From the NCBI GenBank assembly GCA_965218425.1, contig OZ244621.1:1248001-1312000 (forward strand): a stretch of 64,000 bases of DNA. The letters run 5' to 3'. This stretch comes from an uncultured Candidatus Binatia bacterium. Its GTDB lineage: Bacteria; Desulfobacterota; Binatia; UBA9968; CAXXLF01. Positions 29,538 through 41,521 of this stretch are shown in pieces. The translations under genes were made by a program, and so were the position numbers. The notes beneath the pieces were generated by a model. That model did no database searches and was not told where the DNA came from. It saw nothing but the letters and a program-made list of their open reading frames with translations. Position 1 is the first letter of the stretch, and every line of letters begins with the position of its first letter.

Positions 29538-29677
29538 TAGTGCTGCCGGCTAGACGCGGGGGCCTCTAATTTTTGTATCCATAAATATCGTCGGCACCAG
29601 GGAAAGCGCCACGGTTATCTTATCCTTTGACAGACCCGATTAAAAAGCCTGTAATAGAGACAGAGCAGAAGACGGTT

Positions 29678-31378
29678 ATGAAGTTTATCCCCAGCGATCT
29701 AACATATTTCTTCAATGAGCCGGGCACACGCCAAAATACCTGGGCTCTGATCAAGTACCTCATCTTTTTGTTCTGTGTCATTGCGGTCTATTCAGTGCTT
29801 TTCCACTTGATCATGCTGCACGTGGAGGGGCAGACGCACTCTTGGATCACAGGAGTCTATTGGACCCTAACGGTGATGACTACCCTTGGATTTGGAGACA
29901 TCACGTTCCATAGCGACATGGGACGGGCGTTCAGTATCCTAGTGTTGCTGTCGGGCATCGTGCTCCTCTTGATTGTGCTTCCCTTTACGTTTATCCGCTT
30001 TTTCTATGCACCCTGGCTCGAAGCGCGGGTACGGCAGCAGGCGCCGCGCAAAGCTCGAGAGGATACAACAGGGCACGTGGTGATTTGCACCTACGACACC
30101 ATCGCCCCCGGACTCATTGACAGACTCCAGGTCTACGGCATCCCATATTACGTGATCGAACCCAACCCCACACAAGCCGCAGGCATGCACAGAGACGGCA
30201 TCTCGGTGATCGCAGGTGAGGTGGACAGCCGATCTACCTACCAGGCACTTCAGACATCGAAAGCCCGGCTGATATTTGCCAATGGCGCGGATACCATCAA
30301 CACCAATATTACCCTAACGGTCCGGGAGGTGGCACCCGATGTGCCCATCATCGCCATTATTGAGGCTGAAGACTCCACAGATATCCTGGAATTGAGCGGC
30401 TGCACGCATGTACTGCCTCTAAAGCAGAGATTGGGGGAGCGTTTGGCCAATCGGGTGAACACCGGGCATGCTCAATCCCATGTCATTGGCAGCTTCAGAG
30501 ACTTAAAGATCGCTGAGTTTCCAGTCCACAATACTCCCCTGGCAGGCCACACCATCCGGGAGACGCAGATAAGGGAGGCCACCGGCGTCAACATCGTCGC
30601 CGTCTGGGAACGCGGGCGACTCAACCCGGCTTACCCCGACACCTACCTTTCAAACTACAGCGTCCCGGTGGTGGTGGGCACCGAGAACCAAATTCTCGAA
30701 TTAGACGCCCTGCTGGTCATCTACGACACAAACTACAACCCGGTGCTGGTCATTGGGGGAGGCAAGGTGGGCCGGGCGACGGCACGCGAAATAAAAAGGA
30801 AGGGCATCCCGGTATATGTAGTGGAACGTAATGAGTCGCTTCGAGATCGGATCGGTGACATCCCGGATCGCCTGTTTATCGGCGACGCGGCCGATCGGGA
30901 AGTCCTCATGGGAGCTGGCTTGAGGGAGGCCCCTTCCGTGATCCTCACAACCAACGATGATGCCGTGAACATCTACCTGGCCGTTTACCTGCGCCGCCTC
31001 AACCCGGATCTTCGCATCGTCAGTCGGATCACCCATGAGAGAAACATCGAAGCCATCCACCGTGCGGGCGCAGACTTTGTCCTCAGCTACGACTCCCTGG
31101 GAGCCGAATACGTTCTTTCCTTGGTGCAAGGGCACGAACTAGTGATGCTAGGTGAAGGAGTGGAACTGTTTGCCGTTCCCCTCCCTGCGGCTCTGGATGG
31201 CCAGACACTGGCAGCAAGTGAAATTGCCTCCCGAACAGGACTCAATGTCATCGGGATCCAGCAAAACGGTCGCGTGGTGACGAACCCGCCCCCCACGACG
31301 ACCCTCCTCAACGGGAGTGAACTGTTGATGCTGGGCAGCACCCGGCAGCGGCAAACCTTCTCCGAGGCATTTAGTTAA
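29678..31378 (+). CDS. Potassium channel with two RCK (TrkA-N/TrkA-C) modules
   Basis: TVMTTLGFGD selectivity filter between 2 TMs, GGGKVG, and two TrkA-C domains. Confidence 0.9.
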   Translation: MKFIPSDLTYFFNEPGTRQNTWALIKYLIFLFCVIAVYSVLFHLIMLHVEGQTHSWITGVYWTLTVMTTLGFGDITFHSDMGRAFSILVLLSGIVLLLIVLPFTFIRFFYAPWLEARVRQQAPRKAREDTTGHVVICTYDTIAPGLIDRLQVYGIPYYVIEPNPTQAAGMHRDGISVIAGEVDSRSTYQALQTSKARLIFANGADTINTNITLTVREVAPDVPIIAIIEAEDSTDILELSGCTHVLPLKQRLGERLANRVNTGHAQSHVIGSFRDLKIAEFPVHNTPLAGHTIRETQIREATGVNIVAVWERGRLNPAYPDTYLSNYSVPVVVGTENQILELDALLVIYDTNYNPVLVIGGGKVGRATAREIKRKGIPVYVVERNESLRDRIGDIPDRLFIGDAADREVLMGAGLREAPSVILTTNDDAVNIYLAVYLRRLNPDLRIVSRITHERNIEAIHRAGADFVLSYDSLGAEYVLSLVQGHELVMLGEGVELFAVPLPAALDGQTLAASEIASRTGLNVIGIQQNGRVVTNPPPTTTLLNGSELLMLGSTRQRQTFSEAFS

Positions 31379-31775
31379 CCCTGATCCAATTGGCCGCCGG
31401 TAGCAACGCACAAAGCGGACTCAGTGCTGAGCCCTGAAAGTGGAGGGGGTTGGGTATAAAGTGTAGGAAAGAATGTTTGCAGTGAAGAGAGCTGTCAGCG
31501 ATCAACCCTCAGCTAAAAAGTTTTGAGTGTTAAGTCCCCAGTGTTAAGAATCGATCATCCTCGAGTTTTAAAGGTATTTTTTCTCCCCAGCTTAAAACTT
31601 TACACTTAACACTGTCTTCACTATTTTCCGCTAACTGCCTACTGTCTTTCCAAATTCTGCAGTCAGTGGTCCCGAATTCGCAAGGGGACTTTACGCCATG
31701 GGCATAGCGCTTTGCACAATTTCTCAGTACTCAGAACACGGTACTTTCCACTAGATTGCTATCGGCGTGCAGAAC

Positions 31776-32760
31776 CTATGCCGCCCGGCCCACCAGCCCC
31801 CGGTAGTGACCACCCTTGGAAATGGGTGCCAGGCCTTTGATAACGGTTTGCCAATGCTCGCCGCCGTCCCCACTCCAGAGAATACTACCGCCCGTGGTAC
31901 CGGCAAACACCTGCACCTTGTCAACTGATTCCTCGATACACATGGCTTCGATGCTGTGGGGCATACGATCCTTCAGGCCGCTCCCCATGATCTCCCAGGT
32001 TGCACCCCCGTCGCGGCTTCTAGAGATCCTCGTCTGAGCTGTCTCCTCCCGCCAGGTGGGAGGACTCTTGCGTCCCGCGGAAATTATCATGTATTTTGGA
32101 TCAGTGGGCTTGAAGACAAGCTGGTCCGGATAACCGCCGTATGGGCTGCCCCGGGTAAAGGTGTTTTCCCAACTGGCTCCACCGTCATGGCTTTGCCACA
32201 ACCCCATTCCACCCGTAACATAGAGTTGATTAGGGTTGCTGGGACTTACGATGCATCGATGCACATCCTCGTAAATACCCGTTAACTCATTCCAGGTCAC
32301 TCCATCATCGGTGCTCTTTAGCAGCGCACCCACCTCAATGCTGCCGTAAATGGTGTGAGGATTGCCTGGTTCGAAATTGATGTGCTTGAGATGGGCTATG
32401 TGGGGCGGTCCGGGAAATTTCCAATTCCCATGACTCGGCACGTCCTTTAGGCCTGGCCTTGGAAAGGCAATAGACATCCTTCTCCGTTAGCCCATGGTCG
32501 CTCGGCTCCCAGCTTTTGCCTCCATCGGTGCTAACCATAATGCCACCGTGACGGATGCCTGCAAACCAGGTTTCACTACCTTCTTCGAAAACCAGCGCGT
32601 GGATATGTTTACCCTGGAGGGCCTGGTATGCAATACCCCAACCAGCGCCACTGCGCTCGATCATTGTCACGCCATCGAGGGTGCCTACCAGGACCTGGTT
32701 GCTGTTTGAGGACGAAGAGTAAACGGTCTCTCCGCCCCCGTGGGAAAGAGAAAGAGCCAT
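31776..32760 (-). pseudogene. BNR/Asp-box beta-propeller protein, copy 2, frameshifted by an internal deletion
   Basis: Paralogue of 32839-33924. About 92 nt are missing at about 32460, which splits it into ORFs 32335-32760 and 31776-32477. Confidence 0.85.
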
Positions 32761-32838
32761 CGGCTACCCCCTTTCGGTTGGCCAACCACGGAGCATTGAC
32801 CGCCTCAATCCCAGAGACACTAAAGTGAATTTCTTTGC

Positions 32839-33924
32839 CTAAACTGCCTGGGCTTGCTCGGTCAGCGGCCGGTAGTGGCCTCCCTTGGAAAGGGGAGCTA
32901 GGTCCTTGATGATGGTCTCCCAATGCTCGCCACCATCTTTGCTCCAAAGGACTGTACCCCCAGTGGTACCGGCGAATACCTGTACCTGGCCCCCCGCCTC
33001 TTCGAGGCACATGGCCTCCACGCTGGCCTGCATCTTGTCCTGCAGACCACCGCTCAAAATTTCCCAAGTGGTGCCACCGTCCCGGCTCCTCGAGATCCTT
33101 GAATTGGCCCTGTGTTCAGTACGCCATGCGCCGGGACTCTTCTCTCCGGCAGAAATCAGCATGTAATTGGGGTCGCTGGGCTTGAAGACCAACTGGTCCG
33201 GATAACCGCCGTATGGGCTGCCGGGGCTGAATGTGTTTTCCCAGGTGGAGCCATCGTCTTTGCTCCGCCACAGTCCCATGCCACCGGTGACATAGAGTTG
33301 CTTCGGGTCATTGGGGTTAATGATGCAACGATGCACGTCCTCATACACACCCGTGATTGACTGCCAGGTCTCCCCGTCGTCAGTGCTCTTTAACAGCGCA
33401 CCCACCTCAATGCTGCCGTAAATGGTGTGGGGATTGCCTGGCTGGAAATTGATGTGCTTGAGGTGCGGAACGTGAGGAGGAGCAGGAAAGCTCCATTTCT
33501 CATGACCCGGTACACCCTTTAGCCTGGGCCTTTCCGTCCAGCTCTTGCCTAGATCGTCACTCACAAAGAGACACGCCGGCTCGGTGCCGGCGAAGAGCCT
33601 AATTTTGCCATTGATACGGGTCTTGGAAAGGCTATAGACGTCTTTCTCGGTCAACCCGTTGTCGCGCTGCTCCCAGGTCTTGCCGCCGTCGGAGCTTGCA
33701 AAGATGCCCCCCTTGGTCACGCCGGCAAACCATTGTCCGCTTTGCTCTTCAAAGAGGAGCGCGTGAATATGCTTGCCCTGGAGTGACCGGTTAGTGATGC
33801 GCCAGCCAGGGTCATCACGCTCGATGTTGATCACACCGTCAAGGGTCCCCACCAAGACATCATGAGTGAGTGATCCCGAGGAATAGATGGTTTCTCCGCC
33901 GCCGTGGGATAGTGAAATGGCCAT
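32839..33924 (-). CDS. WD40/YVTN/BNR-like beta-propeller protein, copy 1
   Basis: Repeated S-D-G-(T/S)W Asp-boxes; ATG at 33924 with AGGAG RBS. Confidence 0.88.
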   Translation of the reverse strand: MAISLSHGGGETIYSSGSLTHDVLVGTLDGVINIERDDPGWRITNRSLQGKHIHALLFEEQSGQWFAGVTKGGIFASSDGGKTWEQRDNGLTEKDVYSLSKTRINGKIRLFAGTEPACLFVSDDLGKSWTERPRLKGVPGHEKWSFPAPPHVPHLKHINFQPGNPHTIYGSIEVGALLKSTDDGETWQSITGVYEDVHRCIINPNDPKQLYVTGGMGLWRSKDDGSTWENTFSPGSPYGGYPDQLVFKPSDPNYMLISAGEKSPGAWRTEHRANSRISRSRDGGTTWEILSGGLQDKMQASVEAMCLEEAGGQVQVFAGTTGGTVLWSKDGGEHWETIIKDLAPLSKGGHYRPLTEQAQAV

Positions 33925-34131
33925 ACAATGACTCCTTTCGGGGCGCCGATCAGAGGGGCGACCCATTACGTTAATAGCTGTAACCCTAGACTCCTAACGA
34001 TACTATTATCTCGTATCCGATGAGTGGCTATCATGTCAAGCCTTACCTAGGCTAATTCTGGGTCCGTGGTGATACTATTTTATTTAGCTGAAAGACCTAT
34101 GAGCCAAGGCTGCAAATTGCAGCCGGCAACT

Positions 34132-34842
34132 TCAACGCTTTGGCGCCATGGTGCAAGAGAGCAACGATTCAACAGAGGCCTCGGTATCAGTAAAATCCGG
34201 CAGCGCAGCATCGGGCTCGAAAAGTCTCAATTCCTCCACCGGGTATCGGCCAGTGCCCACCAGCAGACATTTCATCTGATTCTCCCTTGCCGCGGCGAGG
34301 TCCTTCGGGGTATCTCCAACGATGACACATTGCTGAGGGTCCAGGGAGATCCCAAGGGCCCGCTCCCATCTGTCCTTGGCAATTCTCGGCAGATCGCCGC
34401 GGTGCCGGGAGTCGCTACCATAGGCCCCTAGGCTCAAGAAGGGAGTTAAGCCCACGGATTTAAGTTTCAATTTACTGGTCACTTCCAGGTTGCCGGTAAC
34501 GACACCTTGATGGACCCCTTCCATCTGGTCTAATTCCTGTAGCAGTCTTAAAACCCCGGGAAGCGACATGAGCTTAGTCATCCCCTGTTGCATGGTCTGG
34601 GCATAGCTCTGGCGCAGGTTCTGCGCAAAGTTCCCCCAATGCTCCTCTGTGATATCAACTTTTACATTGGCTGCAGAGAAAATATCCTCTAGAATCACCG
34701 GATCGGTGTTTCCGTCGGGGATCACGGTGCGGATATCCCCACGGATGCCAAAGGTTTTTTCGATGGCCTGATTGAAGGGGATATATCCGTTGTGGGAACG
34801 GATCAAAGTGCCATCGAGATCAAATAGAACGAGCCGTGCCAT
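34132..34842 (-). CDS. HAD-family hydrolase (phosphoglycolate phosphatase-like)
   Basis: LFDLDGTL, VTGN and VGDTPKD motifs. Confidence 0.9.
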   Translation of the reverse strand: MARLVLFDLDGTLIRSHNGYIPFNQAIEKTFGIRGDIRTVIPDGNTDPVILEDIFSAANVKVDITEEHWGNFAQNLRQSYAQTMQQGMTKLMSLPGVLRLLQELDQMEGVHQGVVTGNLEVTSKLKLKSVGLTPFLSLGAYGSDSRHRGDLPRIAKDRWERALGISLDPQQCVIVGDTPKDLAAARENQMKCLLVGTGRYPVEELRLFEPDAALPDFTDTEASVESLLSCTMAPKR

Positions 34843-35520
34843 CCTTTGTCTACCTATCAAAAATTATTGGCACAGATTGGAACCGCTGACAAATATCCCT
34901 GGCCGTCAAATCATGATCTTAACGGGATCTTAACAAGGGTAGTGAAACGAAACAGCGGCATTTTGGGCTCGGTGACCCGCCTTTCAGCGGGAACCCAACG
35001 GATAGCTATCAGCCGTCAGCCATTAGCTCCGGACTTATAATTGCTAACTGTACCAAGTCCTTCCGCTCCTCTTCTCAGGCTGCCAATTGCCTCTTGCTTC
35101 CTGTTTTGCGCGCTTTGCGCCCTGCCCTATGCGTGTTGCTGCTTAGTCCAGTCCTCAGCACTCGTTACTCGTTGCCGACTTCGCATTGGCTTATTATCCA
35201 CGGCCCCGCCTCCACAGTGAGCTCGGTCGGACCGAAAACTCGTTCCCGAGGAGCAAGGAGAGTCTTAGCCGAGATCACCTTGAACTGGGCGCGAACGACC
35301 TCCAACATTCCGCTGTACGATCGGGAGCTTTGCATCCTGCAAGTCGGGTTGCGACAGTTGTTCTAAGGACGGGACCCAAGGCACCCACACCACAAGAATA
35401 CCGGCAACACGGATAAACGGTTGCTGGTGCTCGCCTAATCCGAGATCGCCAATATCGGCCGCGAGGGCAAGGCGAAACGGCTGATCGACCAACGCTATCA
35501 AAGCTAGTAGTAGAACGGGT

Positions 35521-35886
35521 TCAGCCTGACTGAAAGAGCTCGATTACGTTTCCTGACGGATCCTCGCACAGAATCTGTTTTCTGTCCGCATTGGTCTCAA
35601 TTTCGTTGCGAAATTTGACGTCTTGTGCGCGAAGTTCGGCGACAGTTTTGTCTAGATCTTGAACGATAATGACAAATCGATTCCAGCTGCCGGGTTCAGG
35701 CTTTGATCCGTCGGGCATAGGTCTCAACGCCGATGCCGCTGGGCCGGCGAGCCATAGCGTCAAATCTTCACGCTGCAATATAGCCATTGCCCGTCCAAAC
35801 TGGTTCACTAAGTCGAAGCCGAGATAGGATGTATAGAATGCGACAGAATCGGCCACATCATTAACGATATATCGAACCTGTGCCAT
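35521..35886 (-). CDS. VOC/glyoxalase family protein
   Basis: VRYIVNDV..SVAFY, RPMPDG-KPEPG-WNRF and EDPSGNVIELFQ motifs; GGAGG RBS. Confidence 0.9.
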   Translation of the reverse strand: MAQVRYIVNDVADSVAFYTSYLGFDLVNQFGRAMAILQREDLTLWLAGPAASALRPMPDGSKPEPGSWNRFVIIVQDLDKTVAELRAQDVKFRNEIETNADRKQILCEDPSGNVIELFQSG

Positions 35887-35912
35887 TTTTCCTCCCTTTT
35901 TATTCTATTTAG

Positions 35913-37179
35913 CCGGGATTCCCCACGTGGAGCCTTCCAGCGGTTTGAGCTTAACTCGAAACCGCCCGCGAGGCAATTCTCAGGCCTATTGCAGGGCATC
36001 ATTGAGCGGGTTCCATGCAACGAAGGTCCAATCGGCGACGCTGGTTGGCGAAACTGAACGTCCCGGCCGTTTTCCAGACACACCCGTGCTGTCATCTTGG
36101 AGGATGAGCAGTATCCCCTCGGTCATGCCGGGCCTGGCTTGGGTCTGAGCCGGTCGATACGGCTCAGGATGTCGGCGAACAGCTCTCTCGGGATAGCGAC
36201 CTCGGCCACCTGGAAGATGACGTACCGGCCGTGGCGGATGATCTTCGCACCGATCTTGATGAGTTTCTCTCGGAGCGTTATCAGCGACCACTGTTCCACG
36301 GCATCGGGCAAAGCGAGTGTGCGCATGAAATTGCCGAGGTTGTAGGCGAGCGCGTGAAGCTGTAGCCGGACGGCATTGTGGTCGAACCTGCGGCACGACA
36401 GCCGGGTCCATTTGATGGCATTCTTGCCTTCCTTGATGCACTGTTCCGCCGTGCCGCGTTGATTGTAGAAGGCGACGACGCGCTCGGCCGGTCGAGACAA
36501 GTTGGTGACGATGAAGCCGACGCGGGGATACAGTTCCCCGGGATGCCACTCCACCTTGGCGACAACCCGGCGCTTCCTGTCCCACGAGCCTGCATGATAG
36601 CTGAAGCTGGCATGGAAGCGGCGAACATGGTTCGGCGGGCGACCGACGGGACGGGAGAGCAAATGGGCGATGCTTTCCTGAAGAACCGCGTTGGCTTTGA
36701 TACGGATGGCGTAGGTGTAGCCTTCGGCTTCCAGGAATTCATAGATGTCCGGTGAGGCAAAGGCGGCATCCCCTCGGAAATAACGCCGCAGCTTTCGCAA
36801 TGGCACGACCGCCGACAATCCAGCGCATCGCCGGATCACGACCCAGGCGGTCAGCGTCGTTCACGTCTTCGTAGCCACCGAGGCGGCCGAAGACCGACTG
36901 ATGAAACAATCCCGTCAGCGCGTGCTGGCCGTTCTTGCCGGTGCGCGGATCAACCAGTTCATCGCCAACCATGTCCGTCAACCCGAGTGCGTCATCGAGT
37001 TCACGGTAGGTAAGCAATCCAGCGTCGGTGGTGATCCTGGAACCATGAAACTCAAGCTTCAGGCGGCGGTCGAAATCAAGCCGCAAAGGCTCGTTCCCAG
37101 ATGCATCCAACACATTGATTCTTACAGTAGAATCAGCATAAATCCGTACCCATTAATGGTGCCATATGGGAAATGCGGG
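35913..37179 (-). mobile_element. IS1380-family element with an internally deleted transposase
   Basis: IRs CCGGGATTCCCCACGTGG / CCCGCATTTCCCATATGG; flanks TTTAG/CTTAG. N-terminal TTDAGLL...GYEDVNDAD and C-terminal RGDAAF...YNQRGTAEQCIKEGK are fused out of frame at about 36790. Confidence 0.88.
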
Positions 37180-37312
37180 CTTAGGATTGTTGAGAGCAAC
37201 ATCAACGGAGCTGTGGGATTGGAAACTGAACTCCAAGTTGTTCAGGACGCATAATCCCCCAAAGAGTTGACAAAATCCACCGTCTGGGCTAGGAACGGTA
37301 TTAGTTTTGTCG

Positions 37313-37389
37313 GCTTTTGCGCAACTGGCGTCTAAGTGGAAGAAACCACGGAGGAGCGCTAAGCTTCAAGATGGCCGAACGCCTGGGTC
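37313..37389 (+). ncRNA. ZMP/ZTP (pfl) riboswitch aptamer
   Basis: GCGCAACTGGCG...GTGG-AGAAA-CCAC-GGAGGAGCGC, linker, then GCCGAACGCCTGGG. This matches the pfl consensus including the pseudoknot CUGGCG/CGCCUGG. It lies 5' of one-carbon/purine genes. Confidence 0.88.
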
Positions 37390-37417
37390 TCTTATATAAA
37401 GAGGTTCAGGCTTTTTT
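37381..37417 (+). terminator. Intrinsic terminator overlapping the riboswitch 3' domain
   Basis: GCCTGGGTCTC-loop-GAGGTTCAGGC followed by TTTTTT. Confidence 0.8.
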
Positions 37418-37428
37418 ATTGGTGCAAC

Positions 37429-38583
37429 ATGATTAAACAGTACCTGTTCACACCCGGACCGACCCCCATCCCCGATGAAGTGGTGGCGGCCATGTCCCAA
37501 CCCATCATTCATCATCGGACCCCAAAGTTCAGTAAAATCTTTACCGAAGTGCGTCAGGGACTAAAGAACCTCTTTGGAACGAAAAATGACGTCCTCATGC
37601 TTGCCTCCTCAGGGACTGGGGCCATGGAGGCCGCAATTACAAACCTCTTTTCGCCCGGTGAAAAAGTCCTAGTCGTAAATGGCGGTAAATTCGGTGAGCG
37701 GTGGCTGCGGATCTGCCAGTCATTTGGCGTAGATCCGATTGAAATCAAGGTGGAATGGGGCAAGGCCGTCAAGCCACAGGTCATGGAGAAACACCTACAG
37801 GTCTACCCAGATATCCAGGCGATCCTGATCCAGGCCAGTGAGACCTCCACCACCGCTCTGCATCCCATACGCGAGATCTCGAAGATCACACGCAATGGAC
37901 CGCTGCTCATCGTGGACGGGATTACGGCCGTGGGTGTTTTACCTCTGCCACAGGACGAATTGGAAATCGATGTGTTGCTGACAGGGTCGCAAAAGGCGCT
38001 GATGCTTCCGCCCGGCCTCGGCTTTATCTCCCTAGGCGACCGGGCATGGAAAAGAACAGAAGCTGCAAAGTGCTCAAAGTTCTATTATGACCTAAAGCTC
38101 GAGAAAAAAAGCCAGGACAAGGGGGAAACAGCGTTCACTCCGGCCATCTCCCTCATTCTTGGACTCGGCGCAGCGCTCAAATTGATCCAGGATGAAGGGC
38201 TGGAGCGAGTTTACGTGCGCCACGAACGTTTGGCCCGGGCCACCCGTGCCGCGGCAACTGCCATGGGGCTTGAGCTCCTTGCCCCTGAGAACCCGAGTCC
38301 TGCGGCAACCGGGATTTTCGTCCCAGACGGCATTGACGGAAACAAATTTGTCGATTACCTCCTTGGTCCCATGGGAGTAGCCTTCGCCGGAGGGCAAGAC
38401 CACCTGGTGGGAAAGATTATCCGCATCGCCCACGTGGGATATATGGGGGCATTCGACGTATTGGTGGCCATCGGCGCACTGGAGATGGCTTTGAGAAAGT
38501 TTGGTTTCGTGGTCAAGCTCGGCCAGGGAGTAGGTGCGGCGGAAGAGGTCCTCATGGAAGCCCTGGAAGAAGAACCGGTCTGA
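37429..38583 (+). CDS. Class V PLP aminotransferase (serine-pyruvate/alanine-glyoxylate type; probable phosphoserine aminotransferase role)
   Basis: FTPGPT, SSGTGAMEAA, ETST and GSQKALMLPPG motifs; directly upstream of serA. Confidence 0.88.
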   Translation: MIKQYLFTPGPTPIPDEVVAAMSQPIIHHRTPKFSKIFTEVRQGLKNLFGTKNDVLMLASSGTGAMEAAITNLFSPGEKVLVVNGGKFGERWLRICQSFGVDPIEIKVEWGKAVKPQVMEKHLQVYPDIQAILIQASETSTTALHPIREISKITRNGPLLIVDGITAVGVLPLPQDELEIDVLLTGSQKALMLPPGLGFISLGDRAWKRTEAAKCSKFYYDLKLEKKSQDKGETAFTPAISLILGLGAALKLIQDEGLERVYVRHERLARATRAAATAMGLELLAPENPSPAATGIFVPDGIDGNKFVDYLLGPMGVAFAGGQDHLVGKIIRIAHVGYMGAFDVLVAIGALEMALRKFGFVVKLGQGVGAAEEVLMEALEEEPV

Positions 38584-38591
38584 GGAAAAAA

Positions 38592-41503
<2,912 letters not shown>

Positions 41504-41521
41504 ACTGTAGTCTCAAAGGGA

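Noticed and set aside
28467..29540. 357-aa plus-strand ORF spanning the IS630
   Set aside because: It is the antisense shadow of the transposase and has no recognisable motifs.
29540..29677. c-di-AMP (ydaO) riboswitch before the K+ channel
   Set aside because: No GCUGAA-type consensus elements were seen.
37267..37295. Promoter TTGACA-17-TAGGAA upstream of the ZTP riboswitch
   Set aside because: The position is plausible but the -10 is poor, so it was not called as a feature.
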